From Thermodesulfobacteriota bacterium (lineage in GTDB: Bacteria > Desulfobacterota > Binatia > Bin18), in NCBI GenBank assembly GCA_964291405.2, contig OZ219926.1, forward strand, positions 1,568,001 through 1,632,000: DNA of 64,000 bases. Reading direction: 5' to 3'. Positions 48,980 to 57,218 of this stretch are shown piece by piece. The notes beneath the pieces were generated by a model. The model had not been told where the DNA came from. It saw nothing but the letters and a program-made list of their open reading frames with translations, and made no database searches. How positions within the stretch are numbered: the first letter of the stretch is position 1; each line of letters begins with the position of its first letter. The translations under genes were made by a program, and so were the position numbers.

Positions 48980-49951
48980 ATGACAAAAATCGCAATACCC
49001 TACACTCCGCCCGACCTTGGACCAAACTCTGATTTCCAAGACAAGATTTTTCGGAAGAACAGAGAATCTGTCTTGAGCGAATTACGTTGTCTGTCCGGCA
49101 TTCCTGAGATTGTAAGGACTTTGAATCCGGATACCGTGTATAAGATTGTCTGCTCTCCAGAAGGAGGGAAACTCTATACGGATACCGCCGGCAATCTAAA
49201 AGGGGTGTTCTATAAAGATAGGAAGATTATACAGCACGCCAAATTACGGGTTGTTGGACCATCTCTTGTCAAATGCGCTACAGCAATAGGCTCCCAGATT
49301 CTTCTGATAAGCATCGCCATGCAATTAAATCGCATAGAGAAAGAGATCCACAAAATAATCGAAGGTCAGCATGATGATAGAATATCTGAGATTTATTCGG
49401 GGGTAAGTCAGTACAAGCTGGCGATGAGAGCGCGAGATATTGAACGGCAGTCAAGGCTAGTTGAGAACGCAATCCAAACAGTGACCACAGGTATCGAAAA
49501 AACAGCCCGATCATTAAAAAGACAAATAGCGGAGATGCCCAAAACTGAATATGGTTTGAGGGATGATTGGCCAATCTTTGATAAAGATAGAACTAAATGG
49601 GCTGAAGAGAAGTTCAGGTTCGTCGAAGAATCATTTCAAGCTTGCATTATCGGAATTCAAACCCTGGCCGAATGTTACGCGGCAATCAATGAACCACAGA
49701 TAGCGGTGGTGGCGTTGAAAGAGAATATAGACAAGCTAAGCGATAGTGAAATTGCACTGGCGGCTAAAAAAGCCCGATTGATCCCATTCCGAGAAAGAAA
49801 AGGGTTACCTGAACAGCCCTTGAGAGCTTTCCTGGACAGCAAACGCTTGCTTCTTGATAACATAGAAAGATGCGGTCTTTTGGCAAACAACGAACCCGAT
49901 TGTATAGAGATAGAGATCAAACCTGTTGAGCTACTGGAAGGAGGGAAATGA
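48980..49951 (+). CDS. Hypothetical alpha-helical/coiled-coil protein
   Basis: 323-aa ORF in AT-richer DNA with a hydrophobic segment ATAIGSQILLISIAMQL followed by heptad-like helices. Confidence 0.7.
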   Translation: MTKIAIPYTPPDLGPNSDFQDKIFRKNRESVLSELRCLSGIPEIVRTLNPDTVYKIVCSPEGGKLYTDTAGNLKGVFYKDRKIIQHAKLRVVGPSLVKCATAIGSQILLISIAMQLNRIEKEIHKIIEGQHDDRISEIYSGVSQYKLAMRARDIERQSRLVENAIQTVTTGIEKTARSLKRQIAEMPKTEYGLRDDWPIFDKDRTKWAEEKFRFVEESFQACIIGIQTLAECYAAINEPQIAVVALKENIDKLSDSEIALAAKKARLIPFRERKGLPEQPLRAFLDSKRLLLDNIERCGLLANNEPDCIEIEIKPVELLEGGK

Positions 49952-50127
49952 TGCGCGTTTGTCCAAAGCCAGGGTGTGAGCGTACCTTGGAGCCGGGAGA
50001 AAAGCTCTGCCCTTCTTGTCGATCAAAGAGAAGCCGTTTTTGGAAGAGAGTCGTAGAAGTCGGAACAACAGTGGCAGTGGTGATAATAGGAGCTTTGACT
50101 AAAGGAGGCCGTGGAAAAGGGATATAG
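49948..50127 (+). CDS. 59-aa zinc-ribbon plus transmembrane microprotein (not in ORF track)
   Basis: MMRVCPKPGCERTLEPGEKLCPSCRSKRSRFWKRVVEVGTTVAVVIIGALTKGGRGKGI; ATGA overlap and GGAGG RBS. Confidence 0.7.
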   Translation: MMRVCPKPGCERTLEPGEKLCPSCRSKRSRFWKRVVEVGTTVAVVIIGALTKGGRGKGI

Positions 50128-50227
50128 GCTCTCTGGCGCTATCGTTACTCCTCGCAGAGTACTCCTGATCATGGTTGTCTCGACCAATGCCCAATTGCTG
50201 TACTGGAGTTGTGAGCATCAGCGAGCA

Positions 50228-50347
50228 GGTACCAATTTAGTCCTGCTGGACCCGGATATTACGCAAGCGTTTGCGAATAACGCGGAAGCCATTAACGAAG
50301 CTTTGCGGTTGGTGTTTCAGTTGACCAAGCTGCCGACAAATAGATAG
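50228..50347 (+). pseudogene. C-terminal remnant of BrnA-like antitoxin
   Basis: GTNLVLLDPDITQAFANNAEAINEALRLV resembles the VxLDPDV...VNEALR tail of these antitoxins; no credible start. Confidence 0.55.
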
Positions 50348-50442
50348 CCCGGACCTGCAGAAGACGGAGAGCGGCAGCGGAGTACTCAATAGGATATTCC
50401 CCATCCAATCGTCCTGCCTAGCTTCAAACAAGTCCTGAAGAC

Positions 50443-51249
50443 ATGGCAACTGCTCACCGGTTCCTCCGACTCTTCCTGCACGTTTCAGCCCTCGTGCTCC
50501 TGCTGACGGCCTCGCCGGCGGCGGCCCTTGTCGAGTGGAGCACGACGGAGATGCATTTTCAGTATGGACATCTCGAAAACCCGTTCTCGGACGCCAACCA
50601 GGATACCTTCATCCTGACTGTGCAGAACGCCCTGGGCTGGAAGTACGGCGAGAGCTTCTTCTTTGCCGACTTCATCGAGGACGTGGAGCACGACGGCTTC
50701 AACCATACTGAAATCTACGGTGAATGGTATCTGTCCCTGAGCCTGGGCAGGATTCTGAAGAAGGATTTGAAGGTCGGACCGATCAAGGATTTCTCTCTGA
50801 TCGGTGGAGTCAACGGCAGCGTAGACGCCAAGGTCATCAAGTTCCTGCCCGGCCTGCGCGCGTCCTGGGATCTGCCCGGCTTCGCCTTTCTGAATACCGA
50901 CCTGACCGCTTACATCGATGCCAGCCGAGGAGTCTCGAACGGGGGTGCTCCAAAAGAGTCGGACAGCTTTATGCTCGACATCAACTGGGCCTATCCCTTC
51001 AATATCGGCAAGCTGTCCTTCTCCATCGAAGGCCATGCCGAGTACATCCATTGCCGGACCAACGAGTTCGGCGGTCGGGTCAGAAGCTGGTTTTATACCC
51101 AGCCGCAGTTCCGCCTGGACCTGGGCAAGCTGTTAAGGGAAGAGGCAAATCGGCTTTTTATCGGCATGGAATACCAATTCTGGCACCATAAACTGGGGAC
51201 CAAGAACGACGAAAGCGTACCGCAGTTTCTGCTGGCCTGGCGCTTCTGA
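50443..51249 (+). CDS. Tsx/OmpK-like outer membrane channel
   Basis: Signal peptide; WKYGESFFFAD, QPQFRLD, GMEYQFW and terminal WRF beta-signal. Confidence 0.75.
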   Translation: MATAHRFLRLFLHVSALVLLLTASPAAALVEWSTTEMHFQYGHLENPFSDANQDTFILTVQNALGWKYGESFFFADFIEDVEHDGFNHTEIYGEWYLSLSLGRILKKDLKVGPIKDFSLIGGVNGSVDAKVIKFLPGLRASWDLPGFAFLNTDLTAYIDASRGVSNGGAPKESDSFMLDINWAYPFNIGKLSFSIEGHAEYIHCRTNEFGGRVRSWFYTQPQFRLDLGKLLREEANRLFIGMEYQFWHHKLGTKNDESVPQFLLAWRF

Positions 51250-51256
51250 GGAAGCG

Positions 51257-52222
51257 CTAGGGTCCAACGGCTACGCCCCAGGGGATCTTCCCGACCGCAA
51301 TCGTCTTGAGCAGCGTATCGGTAGTGGTATCGATCACCGCTACGCCGTCGGATCGGCCCATGGTGGCGTAGAGTTTTTTGCCGTCCGGGGTCAGGGCCGA
51401 CCACCAGCAGCGCTTGCCGCCCAGGGCGATGGTCTTGGTCACGGTGTTGGTAGCCGGGTCGATCACGCGCACATCGTTGGCCCGGCCGTGGACGACGTAG
51501 ACCTTTGAGCCATCGGGCAGCACCGAGATACCGACCGGACGTTCGCCCATACTGAGCGTCTCGGTCACGGCCAGTTGTTCGACATCGACCACCGAGACGG
51601 TATGCGTCCGCTCATTACTCACATAGGCGGTTTTCCCGTCCGGCATAAAGGCCACACCGCGCGGATTCTCGCCAACCTTGATCGAACTGAGGACTTTATA
51701 GGTCTGAGTGTCAACGACTGTCACGTCGTGCGAAGTCTCGTTCGGCACAAAGGCCAGCTTGCCATCGGGCGAGATCACTACGGTCTCCGGCTCTATACCG
51801 GCCTGAATCGTGGCAACGATCTCCTTGCTTGCCAGGTCGACGACGCGCATCACACCTTCGTTCTCATTCACGACAAACAGCAGTTTTTCGTCGTTGCTGA
51901 GGTCGATTCCCTCGGGATCAATGCCGACCGGAAAGGTCTCCACAACCGTATTGGTTGCCGCATCAATGACCGAAATGTCATTAGAGTTGCCATTGGCGGC
52001 ATACACCCGCGAGCCGTCAGCCGAGACCAGCACTCCGCGCGGGCGGTCGCCGACCGGGACTTTGGCTACGACCTCGTCCGTTTGGGTGTCAATCACCCAC
52101 ACGTCGTTCGACTCCTCGTGCGTGACATAGGCGAACGGCTGGGCGAAGGCCGGAACAGAAAAAACCACAAAGCACAGGATCACATACGCATAGACACTCA
52201 TAAGACAGTGACGGGATTTCAT
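51257..52222 (-). CDS. Secreted YVTN beta-propeller (PQQ-catabolism-associated)
   Basis: Signal peptide and seven AYVTxExSxxVxVID...PxG repeats. Confidence 0.88.
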   Translation of the reverse strand: MKSRHCLMSVYAYVILCFVVFSVPAFAQPFAYVTHEESNDVWVIDTQTDEVVAKVPVGDRPRGVLVSADGSRVYAANGNSNDISVIDAATNTVVETFPVGIDPEGIDLSNDEKLLFVVNENEGVMRVVDLASKEIVATIQAGIEPETVVISPDGKLAFVPNETSHDVTVVDTQTYKVLSSIKVGENPRGVAFMPDGKTAYVSNERTHTVSVVDVEQLAVTETLSMGERPVGISVLPDGSKVYVVHGRANDVRVIDPATNTVTKTIALGGKRCWWSALTPDGKKLYATMGRSDGVAVIDTTTDTLLKTIAVGKIPWGVAVGP

Positions 52223-52231
52223 AACAGCTCC

Positions 52232-52657
52232 TTACTGATGAGCGGACATTGCCGCGTCCGGCGCGGCGCCAGCGGCCGCTGCGTCTGCGCTCGATTCACA
52301 TTTTGAGGCGGCCCGCACATAGGCTAAAATCTGCCAGATCATATCATCAGGCAGTTGTCCGGCAAAACCGACCATCTCCGTCTTGGGGACACCGTCGCTA
52401 ACGACCTTGAACATTTCCGCGTCCGTTCCTGAACCATTTACCCAATCGCAGTCGAACAGATTCGGGCATTTGCCGTCCCGGTCAGCCTCCGCTTGCACAT
52501 GGCAGTAGCCGGAACATACGGCCTGGAAGAGGAATCCACCTTCCTCAATCGCCGCAGCATCACCGGCAACAGGGTTTGTCATTTCCTCGTCAGCCAGCCC
52601 ACTCGTCGGGATACACATCAGCAGACCGACCAACAGCACACCATACACTCGTCTCAT
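52232..52657 (-). CDS. Periplasmic c-type cytochrome (XoxG/cytochrome cL-like) with atypical CX3CH motif
   Basis: Signal peptide; CSGYCH; distal EMVGF...IWQILAYVR. Confidence 0.75.
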   Translation of the reverse strand: MRRVYGVLLVGLLMCIPTSGLADEEMTNPVAGDAAAIEEGGFLFQAVCSGYCHVQAEADRDGKCPNLFDCDWVNGSGTDAEMFKVVSDGVPKTEMVGFAGQLPDDMIWQILAYVRAASKCESSADAAAAGAAPDAAMSAHQ

Positions 52658-52727
52658 GGACCTCCTCATTTCTGTACGGCAAAGAGTGAACGTGCCCTTC
52701 ACATCTCCAAAGCAAGGCTGGGCGCGT

Positions 52728-53633
52728 TTACTCTTTTGCTCGGGAGAGTCGAAACATCTCCATGACGTCATAGGTTTTCTCAAAGGGAGGATAAAACGGC
52801 ACGCCATACCGCTGCGCGATGGCCTTGAGCTCTCCGCTCCTTCTCAGCGTTGTCAGGGCCGCATCTAGTGCCGTGCGGAGCGCCTGGTCTTCTTCGCGCG
52901 TGGCAACATGCTCGTTCCAGCGCGCCACCGAGATCGGCTCGGCTGTGGCAAACGTCAGCTTCGTCCCAGGCTCCTGCTTTGCATACCAGCCCGCGGTCGG
53001 ACCCCAGACAAAGGCTAACTCTGCGTCTCCCGTTGCCACGGCAGCCAGCGATTCCTCGGTTGAGAAAAACGTCTGCATCGAAATTTTAAGAGACTCCAGA
53101 ATAAAGCTGGCAATCGTTTGGGCTTGGACCGCAACGACCTGGTGCTCAATATCGTGCAAGGACGCCGGCGTCTGCCCCTCGCGTCCCAGGAGCTCGAAAG
53201 CCGCCCCATAGTAAGCGTTGCCGACAGTCACGTTGCTGGCCTCGCGCACGGCATCTCGACCGGGCACGCTCAAGATAGCGTCACATTCGTTTCGTGATAG
53301 TCGACGAAGCGGAAAGTCACTCTCATCAACCTCGGTTATCCGCTCGTCATTTCTGACCCAGACAGGGACAAGTGTCCGTCCCATGGTCTTGGCGACAGCC
53401 CGCGCCACATCGACGTCGAACCCACGCTCGTCATGCTGAGAAGAGAATGGCAGATTATTCCCCAGAAAGCAGACCCGGAGTTGCGCTCCCTCCGCCGCGA
53501 AGAGCGGCCCCGACAAGGCCAGACAGAAGAGGTAACTGAGCGCGGGAACAACCGCGCTTCTCCTCCGTTTTCTCCACGCAGCCGCTCCAGTGGAGACCCA
53601 AGCGCTCAGCATCATACAGTACAGCAGCCTCAC
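52728..53633 (-). CDS. MxaJ/XoxJ-like periplasmic substrate-binding protein
   Basis: LRVCFLGNNLPFS, GFDVDVARAVA and WGPTAGW; start uncertain. Confidence 0.75.
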   Translation of the reverse strand: MRLLYCMMLSAWVSTGAAAWRKRRRSAVVPALSYLFCLALSGPLFAAEGAQLRVCFLGNNLPFSSQHDERGFDVDVARAVAKTMGRTLVPVWVRNDERITEVDESDFPLRRLSRNECDAILSVPGRDAVREASNVTVGNAYYGAAFELLGREGQTPASLHDIEHQVVAVQAQTIASFILESLKISMQTFFSTEESLAAVATGDAELAFVWGPTAGWYAKQEPGTKLTFATAEPISVARWNEHVATREEDQALRTALDAALTTLRRSGELKAIAQRYGVPFYPPFEKTYDVMEMFRLSRAKE

Positions 53634-53653
53634 TCTTCGTCTACTCCGCGAAT

Positions 53654-55447
53654 TTATTCCGGCAGGGCAAATACGAGCAACGCGCTGCCCTTACTCGTCA
53701 GCGGTGGCTCGCCAGCCAGGGTGACGGCCAAACCTCCGCCACCGCTGGGGATGGCCACATACTGCCGCCCTCCGGCCTTATAGGTGATGGGCTGAGCGCG
53801 CATGGATGAGCCGGTCTGAAATTGCCATAACAGCTCGCCGGTCGCGTCATCAAAGGCCAAGGCTAAGCCCTCAAGGTTACCGGAAAACACCAGACCACCA
53901 GCAGTCGCAAGGGCACCGCCCATCATGGGATATTCGTCCTGATAGCGCCATTTGATCTCGCCGGTGGAGGGGTCTATGGCAGACAGATGGCCATAGGATG
54001 AGCCGTCATCGCCCTGGGTTTTTCCCGGTCCGCCACCCCAGAATGGGATGCCCTTGATAAAGATGGACGCTGACTTCTTCATCTGCCAGCAGCTCTCCAC
54101 CACCGGTACATACATCAGCTTGGTCAACGGGCTATAGGCCGCGGTGTACGAGCCGTTTTTTCCACCAACGGAACCGGGGCAGATGAATTCCTTGCCTTCT
54201 GCAGTGGGAACGAACTGAGGATCGACAATCGGCCGGCCAGCCTCATCCAGCCCTTTTGACCAATTCAGCTTGTCGACATATTGGGTGCCGTGCAGATACT
54301 TGCCCGAGGTGCGGTCCAGGACATAGACGTAGCCGTTTCGGTTGGGCTGGGCCAGGGCTTTGACCGTCGCCCCACTACGTTCGACATTGACCAGGAACAG
54401 ATCGGTGTTGCCGTCATAGTCCCAGATATCATGAGGCGTGAACTGGAAATACCATTTGATCTCCCCCGTATCCGGGTCAAGGGCCAGTACGGAATCCGCG
54501 TAGAGGTTATCCCCTTTGCGGACATCGCCGTTCCAGTCCGGGGCGGTATTGCCCGTCGCCCAATACAGCAAATCCTCATCAGGGTCGTATGATCCCGTCA
54601 CCCAGGTTGGGGCACCGCCATGTTTCCAGGAGTCGCCGGCCCAGGTCTCGGAGCCCGGCTCACCGGCTTCCGGGATGGTATAGCGACGCCACTTCCGTTC
54701 GCCTGTGTTGATATCATAGGAATCAATATAGCCGCGGATACCATATTCGCCCCCGGCGATGCCGACAATCAGGTTATCCCGGACGACCAGGGGGGCAACG
54801 GTCGCACTGAATCCGTCGCTATGACGGTCCATCTCAGTGTTCCAGACAACGGCCCCGGTTTTGCGATTCAGAGCAACCACATGGGCATCGAGCGTTGCCA
54901 TAAAGATCAGATCTCCGGCAACGGCCGCCCCTTTATTCGACGGCCCGCAGCACACGCGCATGTCGTCCGGTAGCTCGTGCTCATAGCGCCACAGCAACTC
55001 ACCCGTAACCGCATCCAGGGCAAAGAGATGGTTGTATGCAGCAGTCAGATAGATGATCCCATCGGCAACAATAGGCGAGGCCTGCATTTGGGACGGGATA
55101 CCGGTCTGGAACATCCAGGCCGCCTTCAGGTTTTTGACATTATCCCGGTTAATGTCCTTGAGTGGGCTGAACCGCCAACCAGCGTAATTGCCACCGTACA
55201 TCAGCCAATAGTTTGGGTCGTCCGTCCCCTGGAGCAGGTGGTCCTGAGTGATGGATTGAAAAGTATATCCCTCGAGGCCGCCGTTCGAGGCTGGACTGGC
55301 TGCGGCGGAGGCGGCCGCCGGCTGATTCTTGGCGGGTTCGGGTTGAGTATCCGCACGCCCGCCAACCGCCTGAGCGTGGTGGGGGACGCCGAGCAGCGTC
55401 AGACAACACATCCCTATGAGCATTCCCTGCAACCAATATGTGTGCAT
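53654..55447 (-). CDS. PQQ-dependent alcohol dehydrogenase, probably lanthanide-dependent
   Basis: Signal peptide, vicinal CC (RVCCG), GGEYG, TGN and PHDIWDYDG; W-motif propeller repeats. Confidence 0.9.
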   Translation of the reverse strand: MHTYWLQGMLIGMCCLTLLGVPHHAQAVGGRADTQPEPAKNQPAAASAAASPASNGGLEGYTFQSITQDHLLQGTDDPNYWLMYGGNYAGWRFSPLKDINRDNVKNLKAAWMFQTGIPSQMQASPIVADGIIYLTAAYNHLFALDAVTGELLWRYEHELPDDMRVCCGPSNKGAAVAGDLIFMATLDAHVVALNRKTGAVVWNTEMDRHSDGFSATVAPLVVRDNLIVGIAGGEYGIRGYIDSYDINTGERKWRRYTIPEAGEPGSETWAGDSWKHGGAPTWVTGSYDPDEDLLYWATGNTAPDWNGDVRKGDNLYADSVLALDPDTGEIKWYFQFTPHDIWDYDGNTDLFLVNVERSGATVKALAQPNRNGYVYVLDRTSGKYLHGTQYVDKLNWSKGLDEAGRPIVDPQFVPTAEGKEFICPGSVGGKNGSYTAAYSPLTKLMYVPVVESCWQMKKSASIFIKGIPFWGGGPGKTQGDDGSSYGHLSAIDPSTGEIKWRYQDEYPMMGGALATAGGLVFSGNLEGLALAFDDATGELLWQFQTGSSMRAQPITYKAGGRQYVAIPSGGGGLAVTLAGEPPLTSKGSALLVFALPE

Positions 55448-55459
55448 ATACTTCCCTCC

Positions 55460-55483
55460 TTTACGTGTGAAATTCCACGTAAA
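55460..55483. promoter_or_regulatory. Inverted repeat next to the PQQ-ADH RBS
   Basis: TTTACGTG-N8-CACGTAAA. Confidence 0.4.
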
Positions 55484-55710
55484 CCCTCGGTATAGCGCGG
55501 TCGAAAAGTACTTGCTTTTCAGTATCCGGTCAAGGAAGGCAACAAGAGGAACGATGGCCCTGTTTTGATCCAGAATACGCTGAGTGCAGGCTGCGGTACT
55601 CCTCTCATACGAACACCAGCAGCTCTGAAAAGCCCTCCGTCTTGTCTGTCCCAAAACTCTGCTATACACCCCCCAATAAGGCCAGAGAGAGGGAGCAATA
55701 GAGGACCATC

Positions 55711-56541
55711 ATGAAGTACTATCCACACATCGACTGTGCCAGAGCCATTCTCCTATTGCATTCGATTCTTCTTTTTAGCGCATGTGGCGGACAGGACAAT
55801 AACGGTCAGACAGCCCCGCAGGCTCCAGCCAGACAGGAGACATCAGAGCAGAAGGCCGACCCACCTCCGACCGAACCACCTGCTCCGGCGCCGGCAGACT
55901 CGGACGCACGAGGCACTCTTGTCGGACGCGTGGTGCTTGACGGGGATATGCCACAGCCACAGGCGCTGACGGTCAGTAAGGATGTTGAAGTGTGTGGGAA
56001 GACAGAAAAATTTCCCGAAGCGCTGCTCGTCGGTCCGGACAGGGGCATCAAAAACGCGGTTGTCTTCCTCCGGGCGGTTGCCAGTGGAATCTCTCTCTCA
56101 CGACCCGAGTCGAATCCAACGATTGACCAGCGTGACTGTGTCTACGCTCCCCACGTCCTGCTTGTTCCGGCCGGGGCCACGGTTGATATCAAAAACAGTG
56201 ACGGCATCCTGCACAATATTCACACCTATAGCGAGAAAAATCCGGCTTTTAATACGGCCCAGCCGAAGTTCAAAACCGTCGTCTCGAAAACCTTTACCCA
56301 GCCGGAGATGATTCGCGTGACCTGTGATGTACACGACTGGATGACCGCCTGGATCGTCGTGCAAGATCACCCCTATTACGCCCTCACCAACGCAACTGGG
56401 GCCTTTCGGCTCAGCGATGTTCCCGCAGGCGAGTACGAACTGAAGGTCTGGCATGAGGAACTCGGAGAGCACTCTCGTTCGGTATCAGTCACGGCGAATC
56501 AAGAGTCCTCTGTGGAAATCACGCTCGCCCATGCTGGCTGA
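55711..56541 (+). CDS. Lipoprotein with cupredoxin-like and carboxypeptidase-regulatory-like domains
   Basis: Lipobox FSAC; LHNIH and CDVHDWM putative copper ligands. Confidence 0.75.
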   Translation: MKYYPHIDCARAILLLHSILLFSACGGQDNNGQTAPQAPARQETSEQKADPPPTEPPAPAPADSDARGTLVGRVVLDGDMPQPQALTVSKDVEVCGKTEKFPEALLVGPDRGIKNAVVFLRAVASGISLSRPESNPTIDQRDCVYAPHVLLVPAGATVDIKNSDGILHNIHTYSEKNPAFNTAQPKFKTVVSKTFTQPEMIRVTCDVHDWMTAWIVVQDHPYYALTNATGAFRLSDVPAGEYELKVWHEELGEHSRSVSVTANQESSVEITLAHAG

Positions 56542-56611
56542 ACAGAAACAGATAAGATATGGAGAATACCCTCGCGTCGCACGGGGAGAAGGCGCTGCGA
56601 GATAGGGTTCT

Positions 56612-57202
56612 ATGCAGTTTCCTATACATTCGCTGTCGGTTTTTCGGATCGTCCTGCTTATTGTAGTATTCCTCGCCGGGCTGTCGGCAGTGCAGTATCG
56701 CCCCGATGTGAGCGGTCGGGTGTGGCGAGCCGGCAAAGCAGCGTGGTGGGATTACAAACTGCTCGACCTGGGGCTGACGGGTTGGGGACGATCTCCCAAA
56801 CAGCCGATTGCCTTCAGTCATGCACTCCACGCCGGTGAATATGGCCTGGACTGCCTGTACTGCCACAGTGCGGCGCGCGTCTCACCAGTGGCCCACGTCC
56901 CGCCGGTCCAGACGTGTATGGGCTGCCACGCCAGGCCAACACCGAATCCGGAAATCAAGAAAATCCAGACTTACTGGAAAGACCAAGAGCCGATTCCGTG
57001 GGTTCGTGTGCACGCCCTGCCCGCTTTCACCCGCTTTAATCACAAGCGCCATGTCCGGGCCGGGGTCGCCTGCCAGTCCTGTCACGGTGAGGTCCAACGC
57101 ATGCAACGCGTGGAACAGGTGTCTTCGCTCAAGATGGGCTGGTGCGTGAGCTGTCATGATGCCCATCAAGCGAGTAAAGACTGCCTGGTGTGTCACTATT
57201 GA
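56612..57202 (+). CDS. actA: Alternative complex III pentaheme cytochrome c
   Basis: Five CxxCH motifs, QPIAFSHALHAG and LKMGWCVSCH. Confidence 0.9.
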   Translation: MQFPIHSLSVFRIVLLIVVFLAGLSAVQYRPDVSGRVWRAGKAAWWDYKLLDLGLTGWGRSPKQPIAFSHALHAGEYGLDCLYCHSAARVSPVAHVPPVQTCMGCHARPTPNPEIKKIQTYWKDQEPIPWVRVHALPAFTRFNHKRHVRAGVACQSCHGEVQRMQRVEQVSSLKMGWCVSCHDAHQASKDCLVCHY

Positions 57203-57218
57203 GGTGGAAGAACTGAAC

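Noticed and set aside
50111-50347. 78-aa ORF as a functional gene
   Set aside because: Only the last 39 codons resemble an antitoxin; the start overlaps the Zn-ribbon gene, so it is treated as a remnant.
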